Origin: an uncultured virus (IMG/VR IMGVR_UViG_3300025728_000289)
Taxonomy: Duplodnaviria > Heunggongvirae > Uroviricota > Caudoviricetes
DNA: 54,424 nucleotides
IMG/VR virus record: IMGVR_UViG_3300025728_000289
Strand: one strand, 5' to 3'
The translations under genes and the position numbers were made by a program. The notes under the pieces are model-generated. The model was not told where the DNA came from. It saw only the letters and a list, made by a program, of their open reading frames with translations, and searched no databases. How positions within the stretch are numbered: the first letter of the stretch is position 1; each line of letters begins with the position of its first letter. Positions 1 through 9,166 of this stretch are shown piece after piece.

Positions 1-1
1 A

Positions 2-1156
2 TGTAGAAAAGGTATAGAAGAAGCTGATGCGCGTTCAGAGGAACTTTTGAAACAAGCGAAAGTAATCGTGGGTGTTGATGTCAACTTAAACAGCCCTGTA
101 CAACTTATGAAGATACTTGGCCTAACCACCACGGCTAAGGAGGCATTGGAAGAGAGTAGCCATCCTCTTGTATCTACAGTGCTTGAGTACCGAGCATGGC
201 AAAAAGTCAAGACAACCTACTACGAAGTGTTTTTGAATGATCGCGACGAACAGAATAGACTTCATCCAGACTTGTTCCAGATTGGAACGGTGACTGGTCG
301 GTTGTCTTGTCGGAATCCGAATCTCCAAGCACTACCACGGGCGAAGGATGACACTGATCCCTTTGCTCATATCTACCGTGTCCGTAATGTAATCGTGCCT
401 CCGGGACCAGATTATGCTCTTGTGTTTTCTGACTTATCTCAGGCCGAAATGCGGATAGCAGCCCACTATGCTAAAGAAACAGCGATGATAGACATTATTA
501 AAGCTGGAGGAGACTTGCATACCCAGACGGCTGTCGTTATGTTTGGTGACAAATGTATAGACCCTCGTACGGGTGTGCCTACAAAAGAATATCGTAACTT
601 TGCAAAAAGACTTAACTTCGGTATCATTTACGGTATGGGTGCAAAAGCCCTAGCAGGAAACTTGGGGTGCAGTATTGAGAAAGCTAAAGAACTGCTTGAC
701 CAATACCACGAAAAATTCCCAGGGTTCAAAAAGTTGTATGCAAGTGCGGAAATGCGAGCTATAGTACGTGGCTGGATTACTATGTGGTCAGGTCGTAGAC
801 GCCGTTTCAAAGGCGACAAAATTGAAATGTGGGAATGCAGAAAGGCCATGAACAATCTGATCCAAGGATCCGTATCGGAAATGATGAAACACGCGATGAT
901 CAAAGTGGACAAATTGTTCCGTGAAGAAACCGGCGACCGCTCCTATATATTCAATCAAGTGCATGATGACCTGCAAATGGCGGTTCACAAGGATGACTGG
1001 CACTTGGTCCCTATCATTCGAGACATTATGCAGGACCACCCTTGGTGCACAGTTCCTATCATCACAGATACAGAATACTCTCTTACTTCTTGGGGAGAAA
1101 AGAGCAAGTGGAAAGAGGGTATCGACCCGTGGGCAACTAAGTCCTTTGTAGTCTGA
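2..1156 (+). CDS. polA: Family A DNA polymerase, C-terminal polymerase domain (5' truncated by window edge); phage-type, candidate DpoZ-like
   Basis: Motifs TGRLSCRNPNLQ, motif A DLSQAEMR, motif B RNFAKRLNFGIIYG, motif C VHDD. Frame is open from base 2. Confidence 0.93.
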   Translation, partial: CRKGIEEADARSEELLKQAKVIVGVDVNLNSPVQLMKILGLTTTAKEALEESSHPLVSTVLEYRAWQKVKTTYYEVFLNDRDEQNRLHPDLFQIGTVTGRLSCRNPNLQALPRAKDDTDPFAHIYRVRNVIVPPGPDYALVFSDLSQAEMRIAAHYAKETAMIDIIKAGGDLHTQTAVVMFGDKCIDPRTGVPTKEYRNFAKRLNFGIIYGMGAKALAGNLGCSIEKAKELLDQYHEKFPGFKKLYASAEMRAIVRGWITMWSGRRRRFKGDKIEMWECRKAMNNLIQGSVSEMMKHAMIKVDKLFREETGDRSYIFNQVHDDLQMAVHKDDWHLVPIIRDIMQDHPWCTVPIITDTEYSLTSWGEKSKWKEGIDPWATKSFVV

Positions 1157-1161
1157 TATGT

Positions 1162-1195
1162 GTGGAGGGGGTATAGAGTCATGAACCCTCTCCAC
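1162..1195 (+). terminator. Hairpin after polA (probable terminator)
   Basis: GTGGAGGGGGT...ACCCTCTCCAC inverted repeat just after the stop codon. Confidence 0.55.
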
Positions 1196-1401
1196 CAAAT
1201 CCTCTTTTGCATTTATGAACTGCAATTATTGAGTTAACTACAACCGCATGTTAGAATACATATAAGAATTAATGGTTGATTTATATAGCACCTTAGAATG
1301 ACTAACAAAATAGAACACCCATCCCATAGACTGTCTAGTTAAGATACCGTTAGCTAGGTGGTCTATTTACTTTCTATATATTCATAAAAGAGGTGAAATG
1401 T

Positions 1402-1848
1402 ATGTTGTTCATTGTTCTAGACCCTGGAAAATCTACAGGCATGACTGTTATGAAAGACGGAAAGTACATATTTGGATGTACTGTTGAGGATTATAACTGG
1501 ACTTGGCTCATGGAAAAAGTGGAAAGTCTAGCTGCGAGACACAAAAATGTGACAGTCATTACAGAGGAATTTCGCGTATACCCTGGAATGGGTGCACAAC
1601 AAGCTCTCCAACCTGCTTGGAGTGCACAAATAAATGGGATGCTAGAGTATTTTGTGTATTTGAATAGTAGAAAAGGAAAAAACTATCACTTTATAAAACA
1701 GTGGGCATCGACAGCTAAGACATATAGCAGTGATGATAAACTTAAGCAACACGGGTTATGGAAAGGCACGAAACATCAAAAAGACAGTGCACGTCACTAT
1801 ATATTCTATATTGAAAATACACGCAATAAGGAGATGAAAAGGGCATGA
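1402..1848 (+). CDS. RuvC-like Holliday junction resolvase (phage type)
   Basis: N-terminal LDPGKSTG, central EEF, C-terminal HQKDSARH. RBS GAGGTG favours ATG at 1402. Confidence 0.7.
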   Translation: MLFIVLDPGKSTGMTVMKDGKYIFGCTVEDYNWTWLMEKVESLAARHKNVTVITEEFRVYPGMGAQQALQPAWSAQINGMLEYFVYLNSRKGKNYHFIKQWASTAKTYSSDDKLKQHGLWKGTKHQKDSARHYIFYIENTRNKEMKRA

Positions 1849-2372
1849 GACTCCCGCAAACAGAGTATACGTTATCCATGCACACACTGAAAGGCTCCCG
1901 TTTTTCATGGGTATGGTATACCTTCTCTGTATGTCTCGCTATTGCATATGTGACGGTTGCATTTAACTTTAATAGCCTCTATGTCAATGATATAGTTTTT
2001 CTACTGCAACTGCCAGTGTACGTAGCTGTGATCATCCTGCATGAGGGAATACATATTGTTTGGAAGATCATATTTGGCTATACTGGGAAAATGGTGCGCG
2101 TAAGGAATGGGTCGACATCTATAATAACCTTCGTTGTGGATCAGCCCATCAAGAAATGGCACTTTTTGGCTATCGTATCCAGCCCGTTTATTTTGCTTAA
2201 CATCGCGACCATACCATTCCTGTTTACACCTTATGCACCCTATATACTTCTCCCCATGCTGTTGAACAACTTGGGGTGCCATATTGATGCCAAACTCACA
2301 GCTGTTGCGTTGTTATCTAATCCGAAACATGTGGAAGTAAACAATGGCACTATTCGGTATGTGTATACTTGA
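1845..2372 (+). CDS. Membrane protein with HExxH motif (DUF3267 / putative zincin peptidase)
   Basis: LHEGIH motif, several TM segments, ATGA overlap with upstream gene. Confidence 0.65.
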   Translation: MRLPQTEYTLSMHTLKGSRFSWVWYTFSVCLAIAYVTVAFNFNSLYVNDIVFLLQLPVYVAVIILHEGIHIVWKIIFGYTGKMVRVRNGSTSIITFVVDQPIKKWHFLAIVSSPFILLNIATIPFLFTPYAPYILLPMLLNNLGCHIDAKLTAVALLSNPKHVEVNNGTIRYVYT

Positions 2373-2444
2373 GACATGTATACTTTGACGTCTTTTCTGA
2401 CATAGATGGAATTGAGCATGTTCCGAGCATCCGGTTTTAATTCA

Positions 2445-2474
2445 TTGACTATACATACCGAACTGTGATACAAT
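2445..2474 (+). promoter_or_regulatory. Sigma-A promoter of purZ
   Basis: TTGACT-N18-TACAAT with TG extended -10. Confidence 0.7.
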
Positions 2475-2512
2475 TACAGTACAACACCAAAATTGATTTA
2501 GGAGGACTTAAT

Positions 2513-3595
2513 ATGGAAAGATCTTTAGATGTTATTCTCGACTTGTCGTTTGGTTCGTGTGGTAAAGGCCTTATCGGGGGCTATCTCGCCACTCGTAACA
2601 AGTACGACTTCGCTATAGAGAGCTATGGTGTGCAGGCTGGCCATACGGTTATTAAGGAAGATGGCACTACATACGTTGTACAACAACTCCCACAAGCACT
2701 GATCGACCCAGATGTGAAATTGTATATTGGGGCTGGAGCAGTAATCGACATTGATCAGCTCAAAAAAGAAGTGGATGAGTATCTAGGCGGCATGGAAAAA
2801 GCAAAAGGTCGTTTGTTCATTCACCCACGCGCTTCTGTAATTCAAGACCAACATAAACAGTGGGAAAGAGAAAACATTAGATCTGGTAGCACATTTAAAG
2901 GTGTTGGAGCAGCCAGTGGGTTTAAGGCCATGAGACACCCGGATCACACCCTCATTAAAGATTTACCAGAGTGGGCCGACTTTATTGCGGATACAGCTGA
3001 ACTCGCTTGTGATGCTTTAGAAGATGGCAAATCAGGCATTCTGGAAGTGGCTCAAGGATTCGAACTAGGTTTAAACCACGGGTTCCAGTATCCTAATTGT
3101 ACAAGTCGGGAATGCACACCTATGCAAGGTCTATCGGACAATGGTATTCCTCCAAAACACGTTCGCGACACATATGGTGTAATCCGGACGTACCCAATTC
3201 GTATTTCCAATGAAATGGCTACTTCCGAAGGTGGACAAGCCTACTCAGGTGATGGCGGTAAAGAAATCACCTGGGAAGAAGTAGAAGACCGGGCAGGTGC
3301 TCCACGTGGTGCATTCTCCTCAAAAGAATTAACTACAGTGACTAAAAAGCTCCGTCGTGTCTTTGAATTCGATGTGGAACGTATCAAGCGGGCTGTGAAA
3401 ATCACAGGGGTAAACAAATTGGCCGTCAACTTCATTCAGTATGTCAACTATGTTGATGCTGGCGTTACTGATTACGAAAAACTGTCTGAAAAATCAAAAG
3501 AATTTATTCGGATGATTGAGAAAGAAACAGGTGTACCAGTAGTTCTTATTGGTACCGGACCTCGTAACGACCAAGTCATCGACCTAGAAGCATAA
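2513..3595 (+). CDS. purZ: PurZ-type adenylosuccinate synthetase homologue (candidate succino-2-amino-dAMP synthase, Z-base pathway)
   Basis: FGSCGKG (Ser where PurA has catalytic Asp, GDEGKG), AGHT, GSTFKG, AQG, RTYPIRI, TTVTKKLRRVFEF, NFIQY, GTGP. 360 aa. RBS AGGAGG before ATG 2513. Confidence 0.85.
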   Translation: MERSLDVILDLSFGSCGKGLIGGYLATRNKYDFAIESYGVQAGHTVIKEDGTTYVVQQLPQALIDPDVKLYIGAGAVIDIDQLKKEVDEYLGGMEKAKGRLFIHPRASVIQDQHKQWERENIRSGSTFKGVGAASGFKAMRHPDHTLIKDLPEWADFIADTAELACDALEDGKSGILEVAQGFELGLNHGFQYPNCTSRECTPMQGLSDNGIPPKHVRDTYGVIRTYPIRISNEMATSEGGQAYSGDGGKEITWEEVEDRAGAPRGAFSSKELTTVTKKLRRVFEFDVERIKRAVKITGVNKLAVNFIQYVNYVDAGVTDYEKLSEKSKEFIRMIEKETGVPVVLIGTGPRNDQVIDLEA

Positions 3596-3603
3596 TATAA
3601 AAC

Positions 3604-3640
3604 AAAAAGAGAGAGTTCACACATGTGACTCTCTCTTTTT
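3604..3640 (+). terminator. Intrinsic terminator after purZ
   Basis: AAAAAGAGAGAGT...ACTCTCTCTTTTT. Confidence 0.8.
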
Positions 3641-3711
3641 ATGCTAGAATTGACACAGTATGTTGATGTGTGTTATGATAACAGCATAAACCATATAAGG
3701 AGTGTTTTATA

Positions 3712-3969
3712 ATGTATGTGTATATCGTTGTTTTTCCAGGATTTGAATTCGAGGGATCAGCTGTTATCGTAGCTAGTGACCAAGAAAAAGCATGTACTCA
3801 ACTAGAAGATCACTTCCGTCAGGAAAGATTTGGAAAAGAAGGTGAAGAAAATTTTCACCCCGACCACCCAGAAGTTTTCTCATATAGTGTTGTATCTAAA
3901 ATAAAAGCGGCAACAGATGAAGAGCCTAGCTTAAAATACATTAATTATGGTGGAGAAGGATCTAGATAA
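3712..3969 (+). CDS. Hypothetical protein (85 aa)
   Basis: Own promoter TTGACA-N18-TATGAT (3650-3679), RBS AAGGAG, terminator 3980-4016. Confidence 0.7.
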   Translation: MYVYIVVFPGFEFEGSAVIVASDQEKACTQLEDHFRQERFGKEGEENFHPDHPEVFSYSVVSKIKAATDEEPSLKYINYGGEGSR

Positions 3970-3979
3970 CACACACATA

Positions 3980-4016
3980 AATGAAAGGGAGTACCAAGAA
4001 GGTACTCCCTTTCATT
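3980..4016 (+). terminator. Intrinsic terminator
   Basis: 16-bp stem AATGAAAGGGAGTACC / GGTACTCCCTTTCATT. Confidence 0.75.
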
Positions 4017-4130
4017 TATGTATTTACCAAAAACATTCCGGAACAGAGAAGGAAATACATATTATTGATTCGTCTCCTGGCACATGGTAGAATGGTGTAT
4101 GTATTTTACTATGTATGTGAGGAGATAAAT

Positions 4131-6734
4131 ATGAGAGATACATCATTCAAGTTTATAGATTTGTTTGCTGGTATAGGAGGTTTTCGTACAGCTTTTGAAA
4201 GACTGGGCGGTCAATGTGTTTTTTCTTCAGAAATAAACCCTTTTGCACAACAAGCCTATAACATATTGCATGGGGAAGTACCAGCGGGAGATATACGACA
4301 AGTACAGGCAGATGATATCCCTGATTTCGATTTGCTATGCGGAGGCTTTCCTTGTTTTGCTGCAGGTGAATTGGTCACTACATCTATGGGTATGAAGCCC
4401 ATCGAAGATATAAAAAAGGGTGACTATGTGCTAACACATAAAAATCGGTTTAGAAAAGTAGTTATGCCTATGGTGAAACACAAACAAGGAATCTTCCGGT
4501 TAAGTGTTTTGGGAAGCCCGAGCACTTTTGTTACTGAAGAGCACCCATATTATGTACGTCGTTATACCAGAGTTTGGAATAATGATAAGAGGACATATGA
4601 AAGAGTGTGGGGGCCCCCTGAATGGAAAGCTGTCAAAGATTTAACCAAAGAGGATTATGTTGGGTTTGCCACAAATAAAAAGGCAGAGAACATAAAGAAC
4701 TTAACTGCTGAGCAGTGTTGGCTTTTAGGGCGATATGTCGCAGATGGGTATATCCGCAATTATGCACGAAAAGGGAGACAGAACTCACATCATCATATTG
4801 TCACCTTCTGCATTGGAAAACACAAACTTGATAATTTTCGACAACGAGTGACTGAGTATTCTCTAGGTGTGACAGAAGAAAAAACTTCATACAAATGCAG
4901 AATCATAAACGAACACTTTATGAATCTGTGTATTGAGTGTGGGCGAGGCGCGCACAATAAACAAATTCCTGGATACATCATGGATTTACCTGAAGATCTC
5001 CTCCAGCATTTTTTAGATGGGTACATATCTGGGGATGGGGATGTGAACAAAAATAACGTGATAAAAGCCACAACTGTTAGCAGACAACTAGCCTACCAAG
5101 TATCCCAGGCAGTGCAAAAAGTGTATAAAAAGCCTTGTAGCATTATCAAAGTAAAAACGGCTGATCAAAAAGTTATTGAGGGACGAGTAGTGAATCAATC
5201 TGATTACTTTCAGATACGATTCAAGACCACTCCTTCCAACCGAGATAGATCTAAATATCTTGATGATATGCTTTGGTGCCCCGTGAAAGATCTAACTTGG
5301 ATTCCTAATTATGACTCCGTAGTCCACAACTTCGAAGTTGAAGAAGACAATAGTTATGTAGTCAATAACTGTGTCGTACACAACTGTCAGGCCTTCTCCT
5401 TTGCTGGCAAGAGGCTCGGATTTGCCGATGAAACTAGGGGTACCTTGTTTTTTGAAATAGCCCGCATAGCAGAAGCTAAGAAACCGAAGTACCTATTCCT
5501 AGAGAACGTGAAAGGTCTGGTGAACCACGAAAAAGGACGTACTCTAGACACAATTGTCAGGACTCTATCGGATCTGGGATATTCTGTAGACTTTGAAGTG
5601 ATAAACTCAAAGTACTATGGCGTTCCTCAAAATAGAGAACGTATCTATATTGTAGGTGTGTTGGATGGGGAAGTAAGCCCATATGTTGTCTCAAAGAAGA
5701 AGTCCATTATATCGGCAGCAAAGAAAAGACAAAATGAGTATGGGGATATACGGTCTTTCAACTTTGCATGGCCTACAAATTCCGAGGTCACTACATCTGT
5801 ACGTGATATTATGGAAGACAATGTTGATGACATCTTCTATATGACTGAGGACAAAACTGAAAAATTGATAGATGTGTTGACAAACCGAGGGTACTTTTCT
5901 GAGGAACGTCTTGGCAGGATGGAAATGGTGGGATTGTTACATTACCGTGGCACAGATCAAACACGGCGTGTATATGATGCGAATGGGTTGGCTCCTACAT
6001 TGACGGCACATAGTGGTGGAAGTACAGAACCGAAGGTTCTATATTCAGAAGATATCATGGAGTTTTCCATGGGTGATGGCATAACCTGTTGTGTGGATGC
6101 TAGTTACTCCAAGGGGGTTTCACCCAATTGTGTAGGCAAGGGTAGGCGTACTCATATTGTGGAACCTAATAGTGCAAATCTCACACCTAAGTGGAAGATA
6201 CGTAAACTTACACCGGTGGAGTGTTTCAGACTCCAGAGCTTTCCCGAGTCCAGCATTATCAAATTAAAACAATCCGGCATCAAAAACACTCAGCTATACA
6301 GAATGGCGGGGAACTCAGTAACAGTAAATGTCATACAAAGTATTGGAACTAATATAGTCCATTTATCTAATGGGAGTTCACCTGTACAAGAGTGCCTGCC
6401 GTTAGAACCTCAGACCTCTATGACATGCGAATATGAGAAAAATGAACATGAAAGACGAGTTTCCAAGGCCCCATCTGATGTGACTGAACAATGTGGTTCA
6501 TTTACTCAACTCATGTTTAAGTATATTAAACACACTAAGATAGTGGAAAGAAAAACAACGACAGATTTATACAATGACGTCAAGAGTTTTGCAAATGAAC
6601 TAAATATTTCAGATCCTGGTTTAAGCAACCCTATATATTTTGGCACTATTATGAAGATAAAATCTGAAGAATTAGCCAATTTAGGTATACGTGTCAATAA
6701 AAGCAAGAAGCATTGGTCAATAACTCGGCCATAA
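4131..6734 (+). CDS. DNA (cytosine-5) methyltransferase, intein-containing, with long variable region and C-terminal extension
   Basis: Motif I DLFAGIGG, split motif IV GGFP|CQAFS, motif VI ENVKG, motif VIII PQNRERI, motif X MAGNSV. True start 4131 (RBS GAGGAG, promoter 4065-4093); the track start 3981 lies in a terminator. Confidence 0.92.
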   Translation: MRDTSFKFIDLFAGIGGFRTAFERLGGQCVFSSEINPFAQQAYNILHGEVPAGDIRQVQADDIPDFDLLCGGFPCFAAGELVTTSMGMKPIEDIKKGDYVLTHKNRFRKVVMPMVKHKQGIFRLSVLGSPSTFVTEEHPYYVRRYTRVWNNDKRTYERVWGPPEWKAVKDLTKEDYVGFATNKKAENIKNLTAEQCWLLGRYVADGYIRNYARKGRQNSHHHIVTFCIGKHKLDNFRQRVTEYSLGVTEEKTSYKCRIINEHFMNLCIECGRGAHNKQIPGYIMDLPEDLLQHFLDGYISGDGDVNKNNVIKATTVSRQLAYQVSQAVQKVYKKPCSIIKVKTADQKVIEGRVVNQSDYFQIRFKTTPSNRDRSKYLDDMLWCPVKDLTWIPNYDSVVHNFEVEEDNSYVVNNCVVHNCQAFSFAGKRLGFADETRGTLFFEIARIAEAKKPKYLFLENVKGLVNHEKGRTLDTIVRTLSDLGYSVDFEVINSKYYGVPQNRERIYIVGVLDGEVSPYVVSKKKSIISAAKKRQNEYGDIRSFNFAWPTNSEVTTSVRDIMEDNVDDIFYMTEDKTEKLIDVLTNRGYFSEERLGRMEMVGLLHYRGTDQTRRVYDANGLAPTLTAHSGGSTEPKVLYSEDIMEFSMGDGITCCVDASYSKGVSPNCVGKGRRTHIVEPNSANLTPKWKIRKLTPVECFRLQSFPESSIIKLKQSGIKNTQLYRMAGNSVTVNVIQSIGTNIVHLSNGSSPVQECLPLEPQTSMTCEYEKNEHERRVSKAPSDVTEQCGSFTQLMFKYIKHTKIVERKTTTDLYNDVKSFANELNISDPGLSNPIYFGTIMKIKSEELANLGIRVNKSKKHWSITRP
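4353..5384 (+). mobile_element. Intein (344 aa) with LAGLIDADG homing endonuclease
   Basis: Starts CFAAGELV, block B TEEHPYY, LLGRYVADG and FLDGYISGDG motifs, ends VVHN followed by Cys+1. Confidence 0.92.
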
Positions 6735-6735
6735 A

Positions 6736-6835
6736 CAAAAAGAGGGGGACCGCCAGTTGGGCGATCCCCTTCGTCCGTTCGTGTAAAATGTAAAGAGTGT
6801 TGTGAGTGTCGCAGCAACTGTGTCAAGGTTGCTAC
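6736..6835 (-). ncRNA. Candidate small RNA (about 100 nt)
   Basis: Consensus minus-strand promoter TTGACA-N18-TATAAT (6871-6842), 5' hairpin GTAGCAAC/GTTGCTGC, terminator GAAGGGGAT...TCCCCCTCTTTTT, no plausible ORF between them. Confidence 0.6.
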
Positions 6836-6968
6836 ACTTTTATTATATCACACGGACACGCGTCTTGTCAAGTGCAGTATGCTTTCAGGTCAATTGTTAA
6901 CGTCGCGAAAATAGTGTTAGTTATTGACGAATTTTTGTATGTAATGCTATGATGACATGAAGGAGATG

Positions 6969-7187
6969 ATGAAATTGAGTATTCAATTAGGTGCAATTAA
7001 ACTAGAAGTGTTGGAAACGAGTGTGGAAATTTCAGGTATCGGATACACGCATAAGGTTCATGGACTGCCCGATCATGATTATTGGGTGTTTGCACGCCCT
7101 AAGTTCGAGGACGGCAACATTTTGCATATTATCGTCTACAATCCCAGCACTCACAGAAGTAATAAAGTACTAGTAACCAGTCAGTGA
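6969..7187 (+). CDS. Hypothetical protein
   Basis: Promoter TTGACG-N18-TATGAT (6924-6953), RBS AAGGAG; exact start uncertain. Confidence 0.6.
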   Translation: MKLSIQLGAIKLEVLETSVEISGIGYTHKVHGLPDHDYWVFARPKFEDGNILHIIVYNPSTHRSNKVLVTSQ

Positions 7188-7268
7188 GTGAATTCAGACT
7201 AAATTATTGTGTATTACACTTCAGACAGTATATAATTGGAAATAAATACATGTCTAGGAGTGTCGTAT

Positions 7269-8423
7269 ATGCAAAATATGTTGCTTAATTTACGTAGTCT
7301 ACAACAAATAAATACTCGCATTTCGGAGAAATCCACCGAAATAAAACAAACCAAAGCATTTTACACCCAACTGTTTAGCGAAAATTTGCAAGAACTTACG
7401 TCTTTGCTAGGTGGACTAAAGAAAATGCGAGACTTGCATACTCGCTCTGCTGAGTCACTTTATCCTTTACAGTCTGGGTTGTTTGATCTATCGCATATCC
7501 AGGAACTCACACGATCTCTTTCAGATGAGATTGATCATCTGACTCAGCAAGCGGAAGTTAGTATGAATGAACAAAAGGGCACAGAGAAATTGGCAAACCT
7601 CCACGAAGAACTGGAACGCCTAGGGAATGAGCAGGTCAATCTGGAAAAGGCATTGGTTCAAGGTTTTTGGGACTTGTCTGATAACCTGAAGTCTGTACAG
7701 TACGAAACAGCCGATATGTTTGCTGTACACTATGATGTCCTTACACACATCTTGGTAACTGAACATTCTGTTTCACCTGTTGATGCTGCTGACATTGTAA
7801 ACCTTGTCACTCACTACGTGAAGGGTAAAAGTGAATATAGTTCTAGCAGTGTCGAATTAGTAAGAGTGGAAAAAAGTAAGGTCGGATCTTCTTTCGGATT
7901 AGGGGAAGACCCTTTTGAAGTGACCGTGAATGGTCACACACTACAAAAATTTGATCTTGATAAAACAATCGACAAAAAGAAAAACCACATGATCATCTCC
8001 GGTACAGTTGACGTGCAGATAGAAGGGGATGTGTCATGTGTTCTTGATGAGGACGCAGGTGTTTTCGCTACGAAAGACCAGCATTGGATTCTTCAAGGAT
8101 ATACTTTACAAAATTATATTGCCGTGGCTACAGCACATGTAGAATTTGTTTTTGATATGGACAGATGTTTGGAATCGTCTGATATTGATCTCCGACAAGA
8201 AGAAGTGAAATTTACGCTTCCAGTGCTAAAGATCGAACCATGTGTAAATTCAGACACTCTCAACCTTTTGGTAAAGATGTTAATGGAAGAAGTCCAAAAA
8301 GTTGATGTTGAAGAACTAGCGTGGGGAACAATATTAAGTGAAGTGGTATCAAAGGATATTGAAGATTCACTTAAATCTGACATCGAAGATATGGCGAAAG
8401 AAATAGAATTTACAGTGAGCTGA
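7269..8423 (+). CDS. Hypothetical protein, N-terminal coiled coil
   Basis: Long ORF, RBS AGGAG before ATG 7269, terminator 8434-8460. Confidence 0.7.
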   Translation: MQNMLLNLRSLQQINTRISEKSTEIKQTKAFYTQLFSENLQELTSLLGGLKKMRDLHTRSAESLYPLQSGLFDLSHIQELTRSLSDEIDHLTQQAEVSMNEQKGTEKLANLHEELERLGNEQVNLEKALVQGFWDLSDNLKSVQYETADMFAVHYDVLTHILVTEHSVSPVDAADIVNLVTHYVKGKSEYSSSSVELVRVEKSKVGSSFGLGEDPFEVTVNGHTLQKFDLDKTIDKKKNHMIISGTVDVQIEGDVSCVLDEDAGVFATKDQHWILQGYTLQNYIAVATAHVEFVFDMDRCLESSDIDLRQEEVKFTLPVLKIEPCVNSDTLNLLVKMLMEEVQKVDVEELAWGTILSEVVSKDIEDSLKSDIEDMAKEIEFTVS

Positions 8424-8433
8424 ATACTTTTTT

Positions 8434-8460
8434 AAAGAGGTGGCATATGCCACCTCTTTT
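8434..8460 (+). terminator. Intrinsic terminator
   Basis: AAAGAGGTGGCATATGCCACCTCTTTT. Confidence 0.75.
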
Positions 8461-8536
8461 CCTATTTATTGACAGGCCTGTACATATCGTGATAAACTGT
8501 ACATATTAAAACAAGGTATGTACATGATATAAGGAT

Positions 8537-9166
8537 GTGGATATATTGCAACCTGGACTATTTGTTGTGTTTGAGGGACCAGAAGGAGCCTCGAAAGGAA
8601 CACAATCCCAACTATTTGCGGATTATTTACAGGATAAAAAAATCCCATACATACACACACGAGAGCCAGATGGCCCTATTCGTAGTGTTTTGCTTGATCC
8701 TGCAAATACGGGAATGATACACGATGACACAGAAGTGTTGTTGTACGCTGCTTCACGCGTTAACAAATTTTTAACCGAAATAAAACCTGCGCTTGAAGAA
8801 GGAAAAGTTGTGGTATGTGATCGTTACCTTGAGTCCTCTCTCGCATATCAGGGTTATGCTGGTGGAGTGGATCTAGCGAAGATACTGAGCATCCATGACG
8901 CTTTTATAAATGATAGCAGGGTGACTCTGTTGTTTGACATTTCTTATGAAACAAGCAGGAAAAGGTTGGGGACACGGGGAGAAGCGCTAGATAGGCTCGA
9001 GATGAAGTCAGAAGTATATCACAGAAAAGTTATTGATGGTTATAGGAAACTAGCCAAAGATTACTCTCACATTAAGCGTATAGATGCGAATCAAACAATT
9101 GATCAAGTACATTCAGAAGTGTTGAGTTTATTGACTCCACTACTGGAAGAAAGAGGGATGTTATGA
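8537..9166 (+). CDS. tmk: Thymidylate kinase-like dNMP kinase
   Basis: FEGPEGASKGTQ P-loop (variant), TREP, CDRY..SSLAYQG, IDANQ. Confidence 0.88.
   Translation: MDILQPGLFVVFEGPEGASKGTQSQLFADYLQDKKIPYIHTREPDGPIRSVLLDPANTGMIHDDTEVLLYAASRVNKFLTEIKPALEEGKVVVCDRYLESSLAYQGYAGGVDLAKILSIHDAFINDSRVTLLFDISYETSRKRLGTRGEALDRLEMKSEVYHRKVIDGYRKLAKDYSHIKRIDANQTIDQVHSEVLSLLTPLLEERGML

Noticed and set aside
2513..3595. Ordinary purA
   Set aside because: Lacks the GDEGKG Asp and the TKLD motif; carries PurZ-type substitutions
3981..4130. N-terminal 50 aa of the MTase in the ORF track
   Set aside because: Overlaps a terminator and promoter; the RBS points to ATG 4131
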